Translations under genes and position numbers: made by a program
Assembly: GCF_006345805.1 (NCBI RefSeq)
Contig: NC_043004.1
Span: 36,766,001 to 36,830,000 of the forward strand
Source: Octopus sinensis
Taxonomy: Eukaryota
Direction of reading: 5' to 3'
Length of the DNA stretch: 64,000 bases
Notes under the pieces: generated by a model
Told to the model about the DNA's origin: nothing
Seen by the model: only the letters and a program-made list of their open reading frames with translations
The model's database searches: none
Shown here: piece after piece, positions 22,690-37,551 of the stretch
How positions within the stretch are numbered: position 1 is the first letter of the stretch
Layout: every line of letters begins with the position of its first letter

Positions 22690-23600
22690 TGATTCCATAT
22701 ATCACTTTGTAGCATCCATCTTCTTACGACCAACTTTTCTCATCTGATTATTTCCAATATAGGTATTCAGGTACTCGGACTCGCATCTTAAAATTCAAAA
22801 CTTGCCGAAATACCGTATCGAGTGAATGTTCATTTCTTCATTCCACGTGGCAACTTCAGCATCCATAGCTCCTCTTAGCTCTCATACTCCTCCAATACCG
22901 ACCAGGTTCCGCTTCCCAAAGTTATTTTCAACTCTCTACGCCACAAATTAACCTCCCTTACCTATCAACAAACAAACACCCAAACTTTCTGGATTACTTT
23001 CTCATCTCTAAACGAGACATTTATAAACCATCAAAATCTCCACTTGATTATCCTACCAGAACCGCATATCCATATGCCCCCATCCCAATACCTGAATCTT
23101 TAGTACTCTGAATCAACAAACTGGTGCGATTCTCATCAGTTCTCTCTGCTAACCACTCTGGAAGCATTCGAGTTACACTCATAACTAATGACATATGTTG
23201 AAGTAGAATACTGCAATCATCTTCTTAAGATCATCTTTCACGCAGTCAACCACAAATTGGGTTGCATTTAACTAGTATTGCAACTTTTCAAAATTATCAT
23301 CCGAAAATCAAAAGAAGCACCTCTGCATCGCACATCCCATAAAGGATCCGAAATTGAAGCGGATCAATCGCTAATGAGATTGATACTAACTTTGTTGACT
23401 TCTCCCACCTACATTATACAAAGCGATGGTACCGTAAGAAACTCTTCAACGGAGAATGCGTCCAAATATTTCATTCAGTTACATCCAAATCTATATTGCA
23501 TACGATAACCAAGATTCCTTCAAAATATTCACGCTCCATTCCACCAATATCATCAAAGGGAGACATATACACGCTCTTATTTCCTCAGAATAAAGTTACT
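22690..23600 (-). mobile_element. Very decayed non-LTR (probably RTE-like) RT remnant
   Basis: Purine-rich minus strand with stop-ridden similarity to the ILR.LQ...FVD.E RT motif region. Confidence 0.3.
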
Positions 23601-26600
23601 ACAATATTGAATGGTACAGTCTCGGTAAGATCTTTAAATTTAGATTCACTTGTGAATTACTTAAATTCAGATTTTGTTATGGTTAATATTCCATTTTATC
23701 TGTCCAATGAGACAAAAAAAACAATAGCTCTAAATTAAGAAAATTTCCGCTCCCAGTGATTGGTTACGTATCCTAGAACACAGTCAGGAGATGACATTTA
23801 TACTTTGCAATCAGGCTGACCCAGAAATTGAGGGTTTTCTTGATCGGTCTTAGGCGACTGCACTCTAGTCGGGCGTCTGATTGCAGTCTTTTGTATAATC
23901 TATTTTGGTTGCTTTTCTTCATAACTGATTTTGTGAAAAACCTGCCGGTTTCTTAAGGCTTACTGATGCTCCTATTCGTGTCGCCCTTGTAACAAATAAA
24001 AGATAAGAAAAAAAAACCAACTTATATCACTTTTTAATATTGCAAGTTGCCAAGTAATGTTTGGGTGAGAAGTAAACTTTATCAAGAGGTGAACTTTAAA
24101 GAACCTGTAATAATATATGCAACTATTAATGTTTGGATTAATATTAATATATGTAAGTATCAATATTTTCTATGATAATAAAGCTAATGTTTCAAACTTC
24201 AAACGAAAAACATAATGCGACAGGTTTACTTAGAGACATAAACAAACAGCGAAAACTTTTTTCTTAAAAAAAAAACCAACCATGACTATTTAAATATTTT
24301 TCCAGAGTTGTGCATTTACCATAACTCAATACTATTAATTATTTCGTTTCTATAAACATCATTCTAGATCATTTCCTGGGATGAAGACAAAAAGTCAACC
24401 ACAAATGAATTATTCTACTTAGTCTTTGAGAAATAATGATTATTTTGGTTAAAATGCGAAATAAATACACACGTCTGAAACATTTGCGTCTAGATATAAT
24501 TTAACTTTCTGCTTAATGAACTGTTTCAGTTTGAGTTTTAAGACTACCTCAAAGTCGGCTAACGGCCGATACCGATCTATAAAGCACCATTGATGCAATG
24601 AGTCAGAAAATATTATTCATTGTAACTTGCAATAAATCAAGAAGCTTAAAACGTTGCACATACTTCAACTAAGATCGACGCACTTAACTGATCAAGTTAA
24701 GCCTCTCAGCCTAGAAATGAAGAGAAACTCACAAACAGACACACACACAAACAGACATACACCATGCATGTACATACATTTATTGGCTTTTAAACATAAG
24801 TGCATATAATCTAACCTATTCATTTCGGAATAGCTACATAGCAATGACAATATTCTGTATGGCGTGCTTTTGCGTGACAGCGTGTATAATTATTATATTC
24901 GAGGAATTCTTCAACACGAATACTCTGAAACACAAAGAGATGTTGAGAGAATGCATTACATTGAGATGTTAGAAACCACTCTCAGGTAAGGAATGTTTAG
25001 TAAATATCATAAAGAGACAATTATACAAGAAGCCGTTCTTCTTTGAACTACCAGAATGTTAAGAACAAATTTCCTGACGCACCCATTTCTTTGATCCAAA
25101 CTGAAGTGCAAGTAGGAAGAGAGAGAGAGACAGACACAGATTCAAACTGGGGTGAATAGACTGTCTAGAGGAATAAATGGAATTCTCCAATCCGGACAGA
25201 TTTCACGAGTCTGACAGCAAAGAGAGGAATATTTCTGACATCATTGGAATATTTCAAAGTGAAAACATATCACAAGATATTTGATAAGAAGATTCCTTTA
25301 ACTGAAAACGTTGAAGAAATTGACAAAGATTTAGTAACGTTCTCACATATCTTTAATTAACGCATGTGTGTGCGTGTGTCACCCCGTAGATACACATGTA
25401 TATACACGTGTGTATATATGTATGTGCGTACACATTATTCATCTACATAAGATACACGCACACACATATATATAGAGAGAGAGATGGAGGAGATCTAGAG
25501 AGAGAGAACGAGAGCAATCCGTTAACAGACGAGGAAGCCCGTGTGTATTTATTTTATTTGCTACCCGTATACAACAGTTCGACAAACAGGAGCAATAAAA
25601 TTGATACCAAATTGAAATATATACTGAATTGCAATGAACGACAACCGTTCTAGGTAGTGCCCAAATAAAAGAATCCTGGATGACAAAAATAGAATCAAAC
25701 ACATCGAATAATGGTTTGTCACTATATTGCCTATGCTTTCAGCAATCTTTCTTCCAAAATAAATGTTTGGTTATTGTTTTGTTGGTTTGTTTGTTTCTTC
25801 TTTTTTTTTTGTTATTCATTACCCCCAAGTTAGATCACACTGTGCCGAGCTACTATTCAGGGCGCATGCACCAGCCAGGTTAATTTTCTTCTTATTAACA
25901 TACAATTTCAATGTCGCCCTTCCCCTTCACCTAGATAGTTGTTTCACATATTTCATTGTTCTTCCTGGCAGATAAGCCTCCTAAAAAGAATTTCTCCTTT
26001 CGGCTTAGAAACGCCGGCTCAATGATTACATGGTGTGTAAACATCCATTACATATTTTCTAACATTTTGAAAACGCCGTCGATTTAAACCTATTTTCTTC
26101 AGCAACGACTGACTGCTTTAGGCTACTATTTAAAGTTAAACAGCAGTAGTTTTCAGAAACACTGTTATTTAGATATTTATGGCAACTTTTAAGAAGAAAC
26201 AATAGTTGTACTATTTATTGGTTTAACAATACAGGTCTATCAGATTTTGTTTTTTTTATGTTACAATATTGCCAGGAAGGGAAGACAAATTTTCCATTTC
26301 AGATACCCTATTCATTGAAGGTTAAGTAAAGAATGAAATTGTCCACTACTTCTAATTACTGTATTGGTATAAAACTATAATTGCAGAACCACCATAGATC
26401 TATACCATACAGCAGAACAGTTTATTATTTGACTAGATTTGTGATGCTCATCAGCTTAGAAAACCTTGACGTGTACTGAAATAATTTCACATCAATATTC
26501 GCTTTGATTTACAAAGGAATCACACCTAAACTATTGGTAGAAACAGAACTGTGTCGTGTTCATATTTTCCAAAAGACATTAGCTTTGATAATTGCATGAG

Positions 26601-28268
26601 ATATTGATTTCGGACCTAATCAAATAAGAACTGTGACATCAAATCGTTTTGTTTTGACGACGGTATAACCATAGAATTCTTAGTGAAAACAGGAATTTGT
26701 AATGTTCCTCCTCGTCAAAGAAATATGGAAATAAATCAAAGCCACTGTTACAGCTGGAAATCAAAACAGAGTTGTTACTTTCATGGCTGAGAAATTACGA
26801 GATGAAATCTATATTGCAGTACGGGATTTTCTCTTCATTGACTGACGACTGAGGAAGATAATTTTAGTAGCGATGCAGAACAGTATTAGGACTATGAAGG
26901 AATATGTAGTTTCTTTGGGCAAGCATCGTAACATGATTGTTTCTTCCTTTATCTCTACCCAGCTACCTCTACATTCCAACACACAATATACATTTGGCTT
27001 AAATGGAGAACATAACTCCATCTAAGATAGTGTTGAGACCCCTACTTTCATCGGTTAAAATTTAGTTTGAATTTCATCTCGATTTGACATGTTGAATCTC
27101 TTGGCTGCAGATTCTACCAGTTTGGAATCCTTGAATCTGTATTTTATGAAAGTGTGGCGAAAATTTATCTTCTTCTTCTGCTTAAAATGTGCATGAATAG
27201 CTTGAGCGTTTCAACCATAATTATTTGTCCCAATGCTCTATTTCGTTGTGGCGCTGATTTATGTACAGTCTTCCAGTGACCACTTATAAACGGAGATGGT
27301 TGTGACATTACATCTATTTCTAAACCGAAAACCAATGGATGTGTGGTGTGTATTTAGCCTTAAGGGTATCAATAGGTAAACTGATATTCACTTTTACTCA
27401 AAATCTATCAATTCTGTGCTTACTCAGTATACTAAATTTCGCCAGGTGGTTGCTATCCAAAGAAGGTTTCCCTCAGCAAGTATATTCAAGTTGGATTACT
27501 TGTTAATCTTCATAGAAGTTCGCTTGTGGGTAAAGACTCGTATCTAGAAGATAACTTTATTTCAAATTTTAGCTGAATTTTAAGTTTTGATTCATGCCCG
27601 TAAATTCAATTTCCCCAAAGTAACTGCATCCTCTATTTGTTACTTTTATTGTCAAAACAATATTCTTTGCTCGTCTAAAGGGATCAAATATACAATGAAA
27701 TCAAATTACATTCCAAAAGATCAGCAGTAATGTAAAATTAAATGAAAGGATTACCCAACATCGGTTTTTTTGTACGGAGGATAGCATCCGCCAAAAATCT
27801 TTAACGTTGAAGCAGGAACGGTGCTAAAATTCAGAGGGACACTTAGTTACCTAACTGAATTGTTAAAAATACGCAAGATGCAAATTTTTTACTGGTGTTA
27901 CGATGCAATTCATTTTCACTGATGCTACCCCAAAGAGATAACCTTCATACATACATACATACATACATACATACATACACACATATATACATATATACAT
28001 ATATAATGATATATATATATATGCATGTATGTATGTTAATAAAAAGCATGTGTATATATTTCTACACAGGCGCATCTTTGCATCATTAAATGTTAGGTTA
28101 TTACTCCTAATGATTTTAACATCAATATTATAGCATAGACATATAAAAATAAATTTACATACATTTCATGAAAGTCTAAATTTGCATATATGCAAATTCA
28201 TATAAAACGAATATTATGTATATGAGGAAAATCTCATTCTCTCTATACCTTTCTCTCTCACTGTATCT

Positions 28269-28666
<398 letters not shown>

Positions 28667-29089
28667 GTAGTGTGTATATTGAATTCAAACAACTGGTTAT
28701 TGGCACCAGTATAGCTACGCATAATTACAATATCTATGTGCGCGCGCACGTGTGCGTGGGTGTATGTGTATGAGTGAAGATGTTTGCAATAGTGTTTCTG
28801 TATGTGCGTACGTTATTTGGTATAATGCTTTGAAAGATTGGTACGAAAACATTGAAACAATTTATTGATTGATTCCCCTTTGAATATCTGACCTGTATTT
28901 ATTTGTGTACAATGTAGTATTTCCAATTCAGAATTCTTACTAATGGTAGTTTCTTATAATTATCTATTTCCTGAATTATATTTCGGTAATTCGTGAGTAA
29001 AAGGGATCTATGAACACCTAAAGCGTCCTATTTCGTTCAAGAGATATTACGAATATCACTGGTGCTTACATGTGCAATATCTTTATATT

Positions 29090-29178
29090 TATAGACATAC
29101 CGACAGACAAACAGACAGACAAACAGACAGACGGACGGACGGACACACAGAAATAGATAGACAGACAGACAGACATGC

Positions 29179-29249
<71 letters not shown>

Positions 29250-29258
29250 CAGGTAAAT

Positions 29259-29301
<43 letters not shown>

Positions 29302-29306
29302 GAGAC

Positions 29307-29378
<72 letters not shown>

Positions 29379-29395
29379 TGATAGAGACAGACAGA
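29090..29395. repeat. (AGAC)n/(AGAT)n compound microsatellite
   Basis: Direct inspection. Confidence 0.95.
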
Positions 29396-30662
29396 AAACG
29401 AAAGGAGTGTAATCTCTTCTCTGATGAAATTCAATACAATGAAGGAGAAATTTAAACCAAAAAGCAAAACAAGAAGTGTCTTTCTGAAGGAAATTTTAAA
29501 ATATTTTTCTTAAATATTGTTTCAAGATATTTACGAGTTATTCAAGTAATGAGATATTTCATTACGATGTGATTCCACGGCGGGTGGAGTGGGGGGTAGA
29601 AAGACAAACCCAAATACCCATGAGTTTAGAGAAACCAACAAAGTGTTCAGCCTGTCTTTTGAAGCCCTCTCTTGGTTCCACATTTGATAACGTAGGTGCG
29701 TCGAACCAATGCACGTTTTGCTGCGATATAATTTATATTATGCCGCAGACATCCACAACTAAGAAGGTATACACTAATACGAAAGAGTCTTCCATGTGTA
29801 TGTATGTGTGTGGCTGAATGTCTGTGCCTGTGTGTGAGTGTGTGTGTGTTTCCTTATGTCAGTGTGTGTGTGTCTGTGCCTGGGAGTGGGGTGATGTCTG
29901 TCGTTCATAAAAACAGGAATAACAACCTCAGACTAGCAACAATATTTTCCAAAGAATTTCATCCAAGATTTCATGTTGAGACCCTAAAATGTAGATTGTG
30001 CTATTCGTTAATATACAAGTAGAAGCGAATACAACAGCGAAATTAAGGTTTCTACCCTATATATATTTCCCGTAGGGGTTCTTAGGTCACTCATGTGGAC
30101 AGTGTGTATTAACATAATACTATCTATATGTCATATATGTGTGCAGCTCTTTCTGTAGGTGTTTATCATACGCATATCTATATACACGTATGCACAAACA
30201 TACACATGATTTTGTTTGTGTATACGTGTGTGTGTGTGTGTATAAGTGTGTGTGTATGTGTGTGTGTATCAATATCTGAGAATGACTATTTCCCTTCAAA
30301 AATTTTTAATATTTTTCGCCGATTATCTTTTCCATTTATATAAATGTTTACCCAAATAACGCTATATTTCATTGTTGAAGTTCCCATTAAGCTGCAAAGT
30401 GATACTCTAGCACTCGGTTATGACTGCATTGCATCATTTCGTGTTCTCTTATTTATTTGAGAGAAATTGTTGCATGCAGTGCTCAGGTACATTACAACTA
30501 AAAATAAAAGCCATCAGGTGTACTATTGGCGGATTTCAGGAAGCATGGAAATTTTGAAGGATGTAGTGTCTCGACAGCTAAAGACAGATACAGGTAGTTT
30601 ATTCCATGCTTTAACAATTCTGAGCGTGAAAAAATGTTTCCAGAAGTCATGGGTGCCGTGTT

Positions 30663-30707
<45 letters not shown>

Positions 30708-31458
30708 TGGAAAGATACAGAAAGAGAAGAGTGGGGTTTAAATTCCGATCAGCATAAGAAAAAGACCTCTAAATATTAGAATAGATTTATTCCGTTTATT
30801 GTATCCTAACAGTATGGCCATACGTTTCTACTTTCATCCCTACAGCGAAGACGAGTCGTCTGTTTGCAAGAACGACTCGTGATACGAGAGGTGAAATATT
30901 TGCCTATATTATAAGGATACAATACACCAAATAAATAAATCTACACACATCACATATATATATAGCTATATGTGTGTGTGTGTGTGGTGTGTGTGTGTGT
31001 GTGTGCGTGCGTGTGCGCGCGTGCATATGTTGTTTCCTTATATTGCATCTGGCTTGCAATTTATTTTCGTTACTTTACACTATAATGTTAGAGAGTTTTA
31101 CTATTAACTGTCATCTCCTGTTATTAACAATGATATTTCCCGCAGAGAAACAGTAGTCTCCTACATTTATTAATTATGCAAAACGAAGTCGTATTTGGAG
31201 ACGTTTTCTCAGCAACATTTCTTTCCACCTTTTTCAGTCGCACTACTTTTCCCTCCTCTAAATTTTTTATCAAGCTTAACATATACTACACACATACATA
31301 AACACACACATATATATATACATATATGTATATATAATAGAGGTCACAAAATGAAGGAGCGTGCTGACTAGCACCGCTTATGCTAAAATAAGAGTTAAAT
31401 TAACTCTAAAGCCACTAAAGCACTATACTTAATGACTGAGAAAGTCCATAGCGTGTAT

Positions 31459-31514
31459 AGCCTTATCGCGATTTCGAATTTTGGTGTAGACTGCCTTAAT
31501 TCTCATCAGCGGCT
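31459..31514 (-). ncRNA. Type I hammerhead ribozyme of a different family (AUA cleavage site)
   Basis: AGCCG|CTGATGA|GAATT-17 nt-AATTC|GAAA|T-CGCG-A|TA|AGGCT. All core nucleotides present, stem II GAATT/AATTC, palindromic helix III ATCGCGAT. Stem I AGCC/GGCT with a G.A mismatch at the first pair. Confidence 0.7.
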
Positions 31515-31558
31515 TTTGCAGTTAATTTAACTCATTATATATATATATATATATATAT

Positions 31559-32226
31559 CATCATCATCATCATCATCGTTTAACGTCCGTTTTCCGCGCT
31601 AGCACGGGTGGGACGGTTCGACCGGGGTCTGGGAAGCCAGGGCTGCACCAGGCTCCAGTCTGATCTGGCAGTGTTTCTACAGCTGGATGCCCTTCCTAAC
31701 GCCAACCACACCACGAGTGTAGTGGGTGCTTTTTACGTGCCACCTGCACAGGTGCCAGGGGGGTCTGGCATCGGCCACGATCGGTTGGTGCTTTTAACGT
31801 GCCACCGGCACGGAAGCCAGCCAGGGCGGCGCTGGCATCGGCCACGTTCGGATGGAGCTTTTTATGTGCCACCGGCACAGAAGCCAGTCGAGGCGGCGCT
31901 GGCAACGGCCACGTTCGGATGGTGCTTTTTATGTGCCACCGACACAGGTATCACAACTACTATTTCCATTGATATTTGTTTCGATGTTCGTGTACATGCA
32001 CTTGACTCAACAGGTCTCCTCAAGCACAGCGAGACGTTCCGGGATCCAAGGTACTTTGAATGGGCAGGGGCAATGCAGAACTGGAGCCGGAAGCATCCCG
32101 GGTCTTTGTAGTCACAGCACATCTCCAGAGATCTCGGTCCTTCACCATTGCCTCAGTGAGGCCCAACGCTCTGAAGTCATGCTTGACTACCTCATCCCAT
32201 GTCTTCCTGGGTCTACCTCTCCATGT
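31559..32226 (-). mobile_element. 5'-truncated RTE-clade LINE (C-terminal ORF end plus 3'UTR, (GAT)n tail)
   Basis: RGRPRKTWDEVVKHDFRALGLTEAMVKDRDLWR matches the RTE-type C-terminus; (CAT)n tail at 31559. Confidence 0.85.
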
Positions 32227-34549
32227 ATATATATAACCCAAATATTTTTATAGTTCTAATCACTATTCTCTCTAACACCAAATCAATATGGAATCTTGTT
32301 TTTAAAACAAGTTAAAGGATTTTAATATTTGGGCAGGCTACTTTCATAAATAAATGTACTTTTTTTTTCCTTTTCTAAGTTTTCTTTGGTCGGGAATTAT
32401 TTCCTAAACATTCTCTTCTAACACAGTTGATTGATTTGGGAATAGTTCTTTTCTATGTGTATTACATACTTAATATTGATTTTGACTGTTGAATATAATT
32501 AATTTGTTCCATGCAGTTTGTATTTATTTTACAGTTTTAAACCAATTAACAAGGTTTCACTTTTGCCTGGCAATACTTGCTAACCCAAATTGGTGGCAAG
32601 TTACTGTAGGTTTAAAACATACATGTTATCTATGCTAGTTATGTATGAATGATATGCAACTAAAAGGCAAAACAATTCCGTAAGTAACAAGCAAACAATG
32701 CACAACAGAGAAGAAAAATCTTGCGGTAAATCCTCATAATCTGCATAGAAAGTCAGTTATAGCTAGAGTTTATCACTCCAGTTGTTTTTTAGGCAATAAG
32801 TCAATGTATTTATTAGCAGTAATTATTGTGATCAATAGTTATTTCGTGTGTTCAGTCATAGTAATATTTCTGTAAGATGTATTGAATAGCAATCAGATAA
32901 TTATGAGAAATTATAAAAACTGTCATACTAAATTACCTTACATCGTTGTAGTTTATTAAGTAGTTGAGGGGAAACCAGTAGAAATCGGCATCATATTCCT
33001 CGAAATAATTTAGGCGAATTTTTTATTTAAATATCTGCCACTGTGACCAGTATATTTCAATCATACACGAGGTGCTACATGCTATTCCAGCATCTGAAAT
33101 CAGTTTATGCAACAACTAAAATTCTATAAACCTGTTTTCTTTTAAACACAAGTCGTCTCCGGACCTAAATTTTTCGTTAAATATAAAATAGGTAATAAAT
33201 TGCCAACGTTATCAAATTTCAATTTCTTCTGAGAAACTTCAGTTGAATTCTGATTTAGAAAACAATCGATTTATTTCTATATTTCGTGTTTCTTTGGGTT
33301 TCTTTGACTCTGCTATTCCCAGATATTAGGAAACAGCAGAGCTTCATCTGACCATTTCGTATCATACAAGATCATTTTATTTCAAATCACACGACAACAC
33401 GCGGTATTATCATTCAAAGTATTCCATTCGTTAACTTTTTAGGAATTCAGGTCATCTAAGATTTCAACTCATTCAATCTTTATAAATAATGTCAAAGAGA
33501 GTCTGGCCATTTATATCGGAGCAAAATGCCGATATATACGGGCAGGGCCATGTGATAAATAAGTTAGTTCCAATGCCACATGGTTTCGAGTACGATCTTA
33601 TTACACAATACTTTAAGGATTTTTACTCCAGCTTTCGAACCAACCAATATCATTGGGTTTGAATTCAATTCACAGCAACGCCTCACATACCCCTACACGA
33701 ACAAATACACACGCACAAACATATACCTCGTTTTTACCGAATATAGATAAAGCTATATATAATAGCGTGCAAATATTTACTAGCTATTATATATAGATTT
33801 ATCTTTTTCGTGTTCTGTTTTAGATGAATTATTTCATATATCTCGAAATTTCTACATTCTTATGGTGTAAATACATAAACGGAGACGGTTAACAACATTA
33901 CCATCTTTCAACTGCTAAAGGCAAGTTCACAGCAGTTACCGTGGAGAAAAATTGTCTCTTATAGCAAAAAGATAAAAAACAACATATCTATCCAGTGTTG
34001 TCTCCTGTCAGATTCCGAGACATTGATGTTTTTGGCTCTTTATCCGTTATCAGTGAAACAGATATGGTATTTTTACACTTTTTTATCATATACATACAAA
34101 CACACACACTTTTTTTTTTGTATTTGGTTTGCAAGATTCTTTATGCGAGTTCGTGTGTTGAAGCTTATTTTGTTGTGTTTGGGGAGAGTCATTCTTTTGT
34201 AGCGCCTTATTATTTAAAACATTCACCGGTTAAGTTTCCACTCATTCACTTATTTGTTCTAAAATTTTCATTGCGTCTTGCAACCTTTTCAATAGTCGTA
34301 GACTATCCGAGCTGCGTTCTTTTGGTCTGTTTGTGCGCATGTGCGGGAGACAGTGTGCGTGCGCATACACATTTGTATGTATGTATTTAACACACTCTAA
34401 ATTTGACTTGATTGGCCGGTGTGAAGTTTATTACGAGCAACACTCCAGCCTGGTCCCTTCTATATATAAGGAGGTCTTTCTTACTCTCAGCAACATAGGA
34501 CCCAACGTATTTGAAGTCACTGACCAATTAGATAGACAGTAAGGTAGAC

Positions 34550-34726
34550 AGTTTCAAAGGACTACCCTTGTCACATTGTGTGTCACGCTGAATCTCCCTG
34601 AGAAATATGTTAAGGGTACTTCATTTCGGTGGAGTGCTCAGCCGTTTAAATGATAATTTTACGAGCAGGCTGTTCCGCTGATCAAATCAACTGGAACACT
34701 CGTCGTCGTAACCGACGGAGTGCCAG
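34550..34726 (+). mobile_element. SINE 3' fragment
   Basis: GACTACCCTTGTCACA..GTGTCACGCTGAATCTCCCTGAGAA...CTCGTCGTCGTAACCGACGGAGTGCCA, recalled as an Octopus-type SINE end. Confidence 0.5.
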
Positions 34727-35437
34727 GAAAATATAAATATAGGTTCCAGTGTGTGTGTATGTGTGTGTATGTGTGTGTATGCGTGTGTGTGTGTGTGTGT
34801 GATGGGGTGTTGAGTGTATGTAAATCTGTCTGCGCGCGGAAGAAGTAAAAAAAAAAATGACTGCTCATTAATATAATCTGAATAAAAAAAACGCAGTGAA
34901 TAACCTTTCGGAAACAATACGAAAAAGGTAAACTAAAAATGATTTTGCTTCAGGTAAGAAATAGCCGAATTCGATCTACGTTGTTCTTTGAGTTATAACA
35001 TTACGTAGGAGAAAGATGATCGATGATAAAGGAAGTAGGAGAAAGACTGCAAGTAAAAGATTCCATTAGAGTCAGTTTATGTGGGGGTGGGGTAGTTGGA
35101 ATCAATACCACACAACGACTGGAGATTTGCCCGCTTTGCCGAAGGCTTCCTCTTCTTGCTATTGTTTCGCTCTGTTATTCAATACATAATAACCTGCTGC
35201 TTCGACACTTGTACTATTGTCTCGTCCCATTTAAACACATCACAGTTTACATATTGCCTTCTGTAAATTCGACGCAAGCATATCGTTGGATATCATATAA
35301 GAAAATTATTGTAGAAGCATACACCGGGAAATACATCGCAGCTGTACTTTACAATTTCCTATATATTTGTGTGCCTGAGTGTGTTCCTCTATATACATAT
35401 TAGATATTTAAAACATATATGTATCAAATTATATACA

Positions 35438-35474
<37 letters not shown>

Positions 35475-36599
35475 CATGTGTGTGTGTAATGCTTATATAA
35501 ATATTAACACAAGCATATACGTGCATATAAATGTGTGTGTGCGTGTGTGTGTATTCGTTTGCACACGTTCGTATGTATGTATGTATGTTTTAATATTTAA
35601 TTTCCTGTTATTGCGCGCTGCTTTGCTGTGTTGCAACAACTATTTCAATTGCAGGATATGAGAACTACGAAACCGTTCTCTCTTTTACATCACTCTAATA
35701 CAATCATTCCACTAAAAACAATGGGTAAAAATGAAAGCTTTCAGAAAACCAGAAACTGAATGCTTCCATGAACATCTTGATGAAAATGTCAATGTAAAAT
35801 GTTTTTGTTTTGTTTGTTTTTTTTTTAAATGAAGAGAAAATTTCCTGAACGTTACATGTCGCAATATTTTATAGAAATAAAATAAAAATAGAAAAATATC
35901 CATAACGAAAATATTATTGCGCTTTTGCCGTTTATTCCCTCCTCCTCCGCTTTTCCTGATCGGTCTTCACTGATCCTACATAACAGAGTGCTTTAAATGG
36001 AAGTGAAAGAACTAGCTCTACACTGCGTAGGTATCAAAGGATAAACAAACTGGGGAGTGTCTTCATATCTGAAACTGAAAATATGATGTGTTTCACCCTA
36101 AACAGCAATGACTCTTCTTTAAATTAGAACAGTGCCAACTGCCAAAATAGGATTTCTCGGAAAATCGAATGGTTTGTTTTTTTGTTTTTATTTTCATATA
36201 AAAAAATTACGTTATAACGGTAACTTTGGTGGATCAGTCAAATCTGAAAGGGCGAATCCACAAGAAAACTACATTTCATTTTGTAAACGAATTCAAGAAA
36301 TCTTTGATCCAATGACTGGATTTACGGCACGGTTCATCGCATCTGGTATTAATATATCTGGATTTCAGAATAAATTTTAACTGGATGCCGAAGTAAACAA
36401 GGGTAGTGAACAAATTCCACAAGTATGCCATTCTTGGAATGAAGGATGGCAATTTGAGGTTAATGCAAGAGCAAGGGAGAAGGACACAGGGTGTTGAGGC
36501 AGGGGTAGAGGCTCATTTGACGGGTTCAATTGTAGAGAAGAAATATGATTGAATAATTCTGAGAAACAGGTGTTGATGTACGAAGGTTGATGGTATTAT

Positions 36600-37240
36600 T
36601 GCACAAGGTAAGAAAATTCACATCGACAATGCTCTTCTCAAAACGTGTGACGTACCAGTTAGTACAATCTTATGCACTTCCTTCATGGATGGTAAGCCAG
36701 GGATCATTCTTAAATAACATCAGTTCTATTTTTGATCATTTCAAGTGCTCCTTCAATCACTGGTATTGTAACTTTCTTGAGGTGCCACATCTTTTCGATT
36801 TCAATCAGAAAATCTTTATGTTTTCTGAGCTTACCAAATTCTTTTCCTGAGATATTAGGTCATAGGGTTTGCTCATATCAATCAATAAACAGACTTTATT
36901 ACTTTTCTCTTTCACAACAAAATCTGGTTTATTTACCTTGATGGTCCGGTCTGTACATACTGGGAAGTCCCAAAGAATAATTACATTTTCTCCCTCAGTT
37001 ACAGCCTCAGGATGTTGCTTGTACCATTTCTCAGCAGCTTTGAGTTTATAATGCCGATACATTATCCAACGTAGATATCGGCCAACTCTGTCATGTCTTG
37101 ATTTATACTCAACTGGGGTGCTAAAACCTTAAACCCAGAGATTAGGTGTTTCTATCTCATCGTTGCAGTATCGATACTTTGGGTCTACACCATTTTTCAT
37201 TACATTGGCTTGATAGTTCCGGGTCAATAAACTCTGATCA
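36600..37240 (-). mobile_element. R4/Dong-like non-LTR retrotransposon 3' fragment (zinc knuckle plus restriction-like endonuclease)
   Basis: DQSLLTRNY..DPKYRYC..RHDRVGRYL.W; ILWDFPVCTDRTIKVNKPDFVVKEK..CLLIDMS (PD...D RLE motif). Abuts a (TAA)n tract at 37240-37298. Confidence 0.85.
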
Positions 37241-37251
37241 TTATTATTATG

Positions 37252-37299
<48 letters not shown>

Positions 37300-37551
37300 G
37301 GTTGAGTACTTCTGGCACTAGTTGTTTTCTGCTACTAATGATATTTATTACAAATACATACATGTATTGAATACTTTCCGCTACTTTTTAAATTCAAGTG
37401 TGTGTGTGTGTGTGTCTGCGTGCACACTTGCATTCATACATACAGACATGCATGCATGCATACATACATACATACATACATACATACATACATACATACA
37501 TACATACATACATACATACATACATAATCAGTTATACATGTGTTTACAACT

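Noticed and set aside
23101-23139. Minus-strand CTGATGA-GAATC...GATTC resembling a hammerhead
   Set aside because: Followed by AGAG rather than GAAA, has no stem I, and lies within the putative LINE RT remnant.
26790-27200. Open frames (AHFKQKKKINFRHTFIKYRFKDSKLVESAAKRF; MELCSPFKPNVYC...)
   Set aside because: No recognisable domain or splice signals; probably old TE debris.
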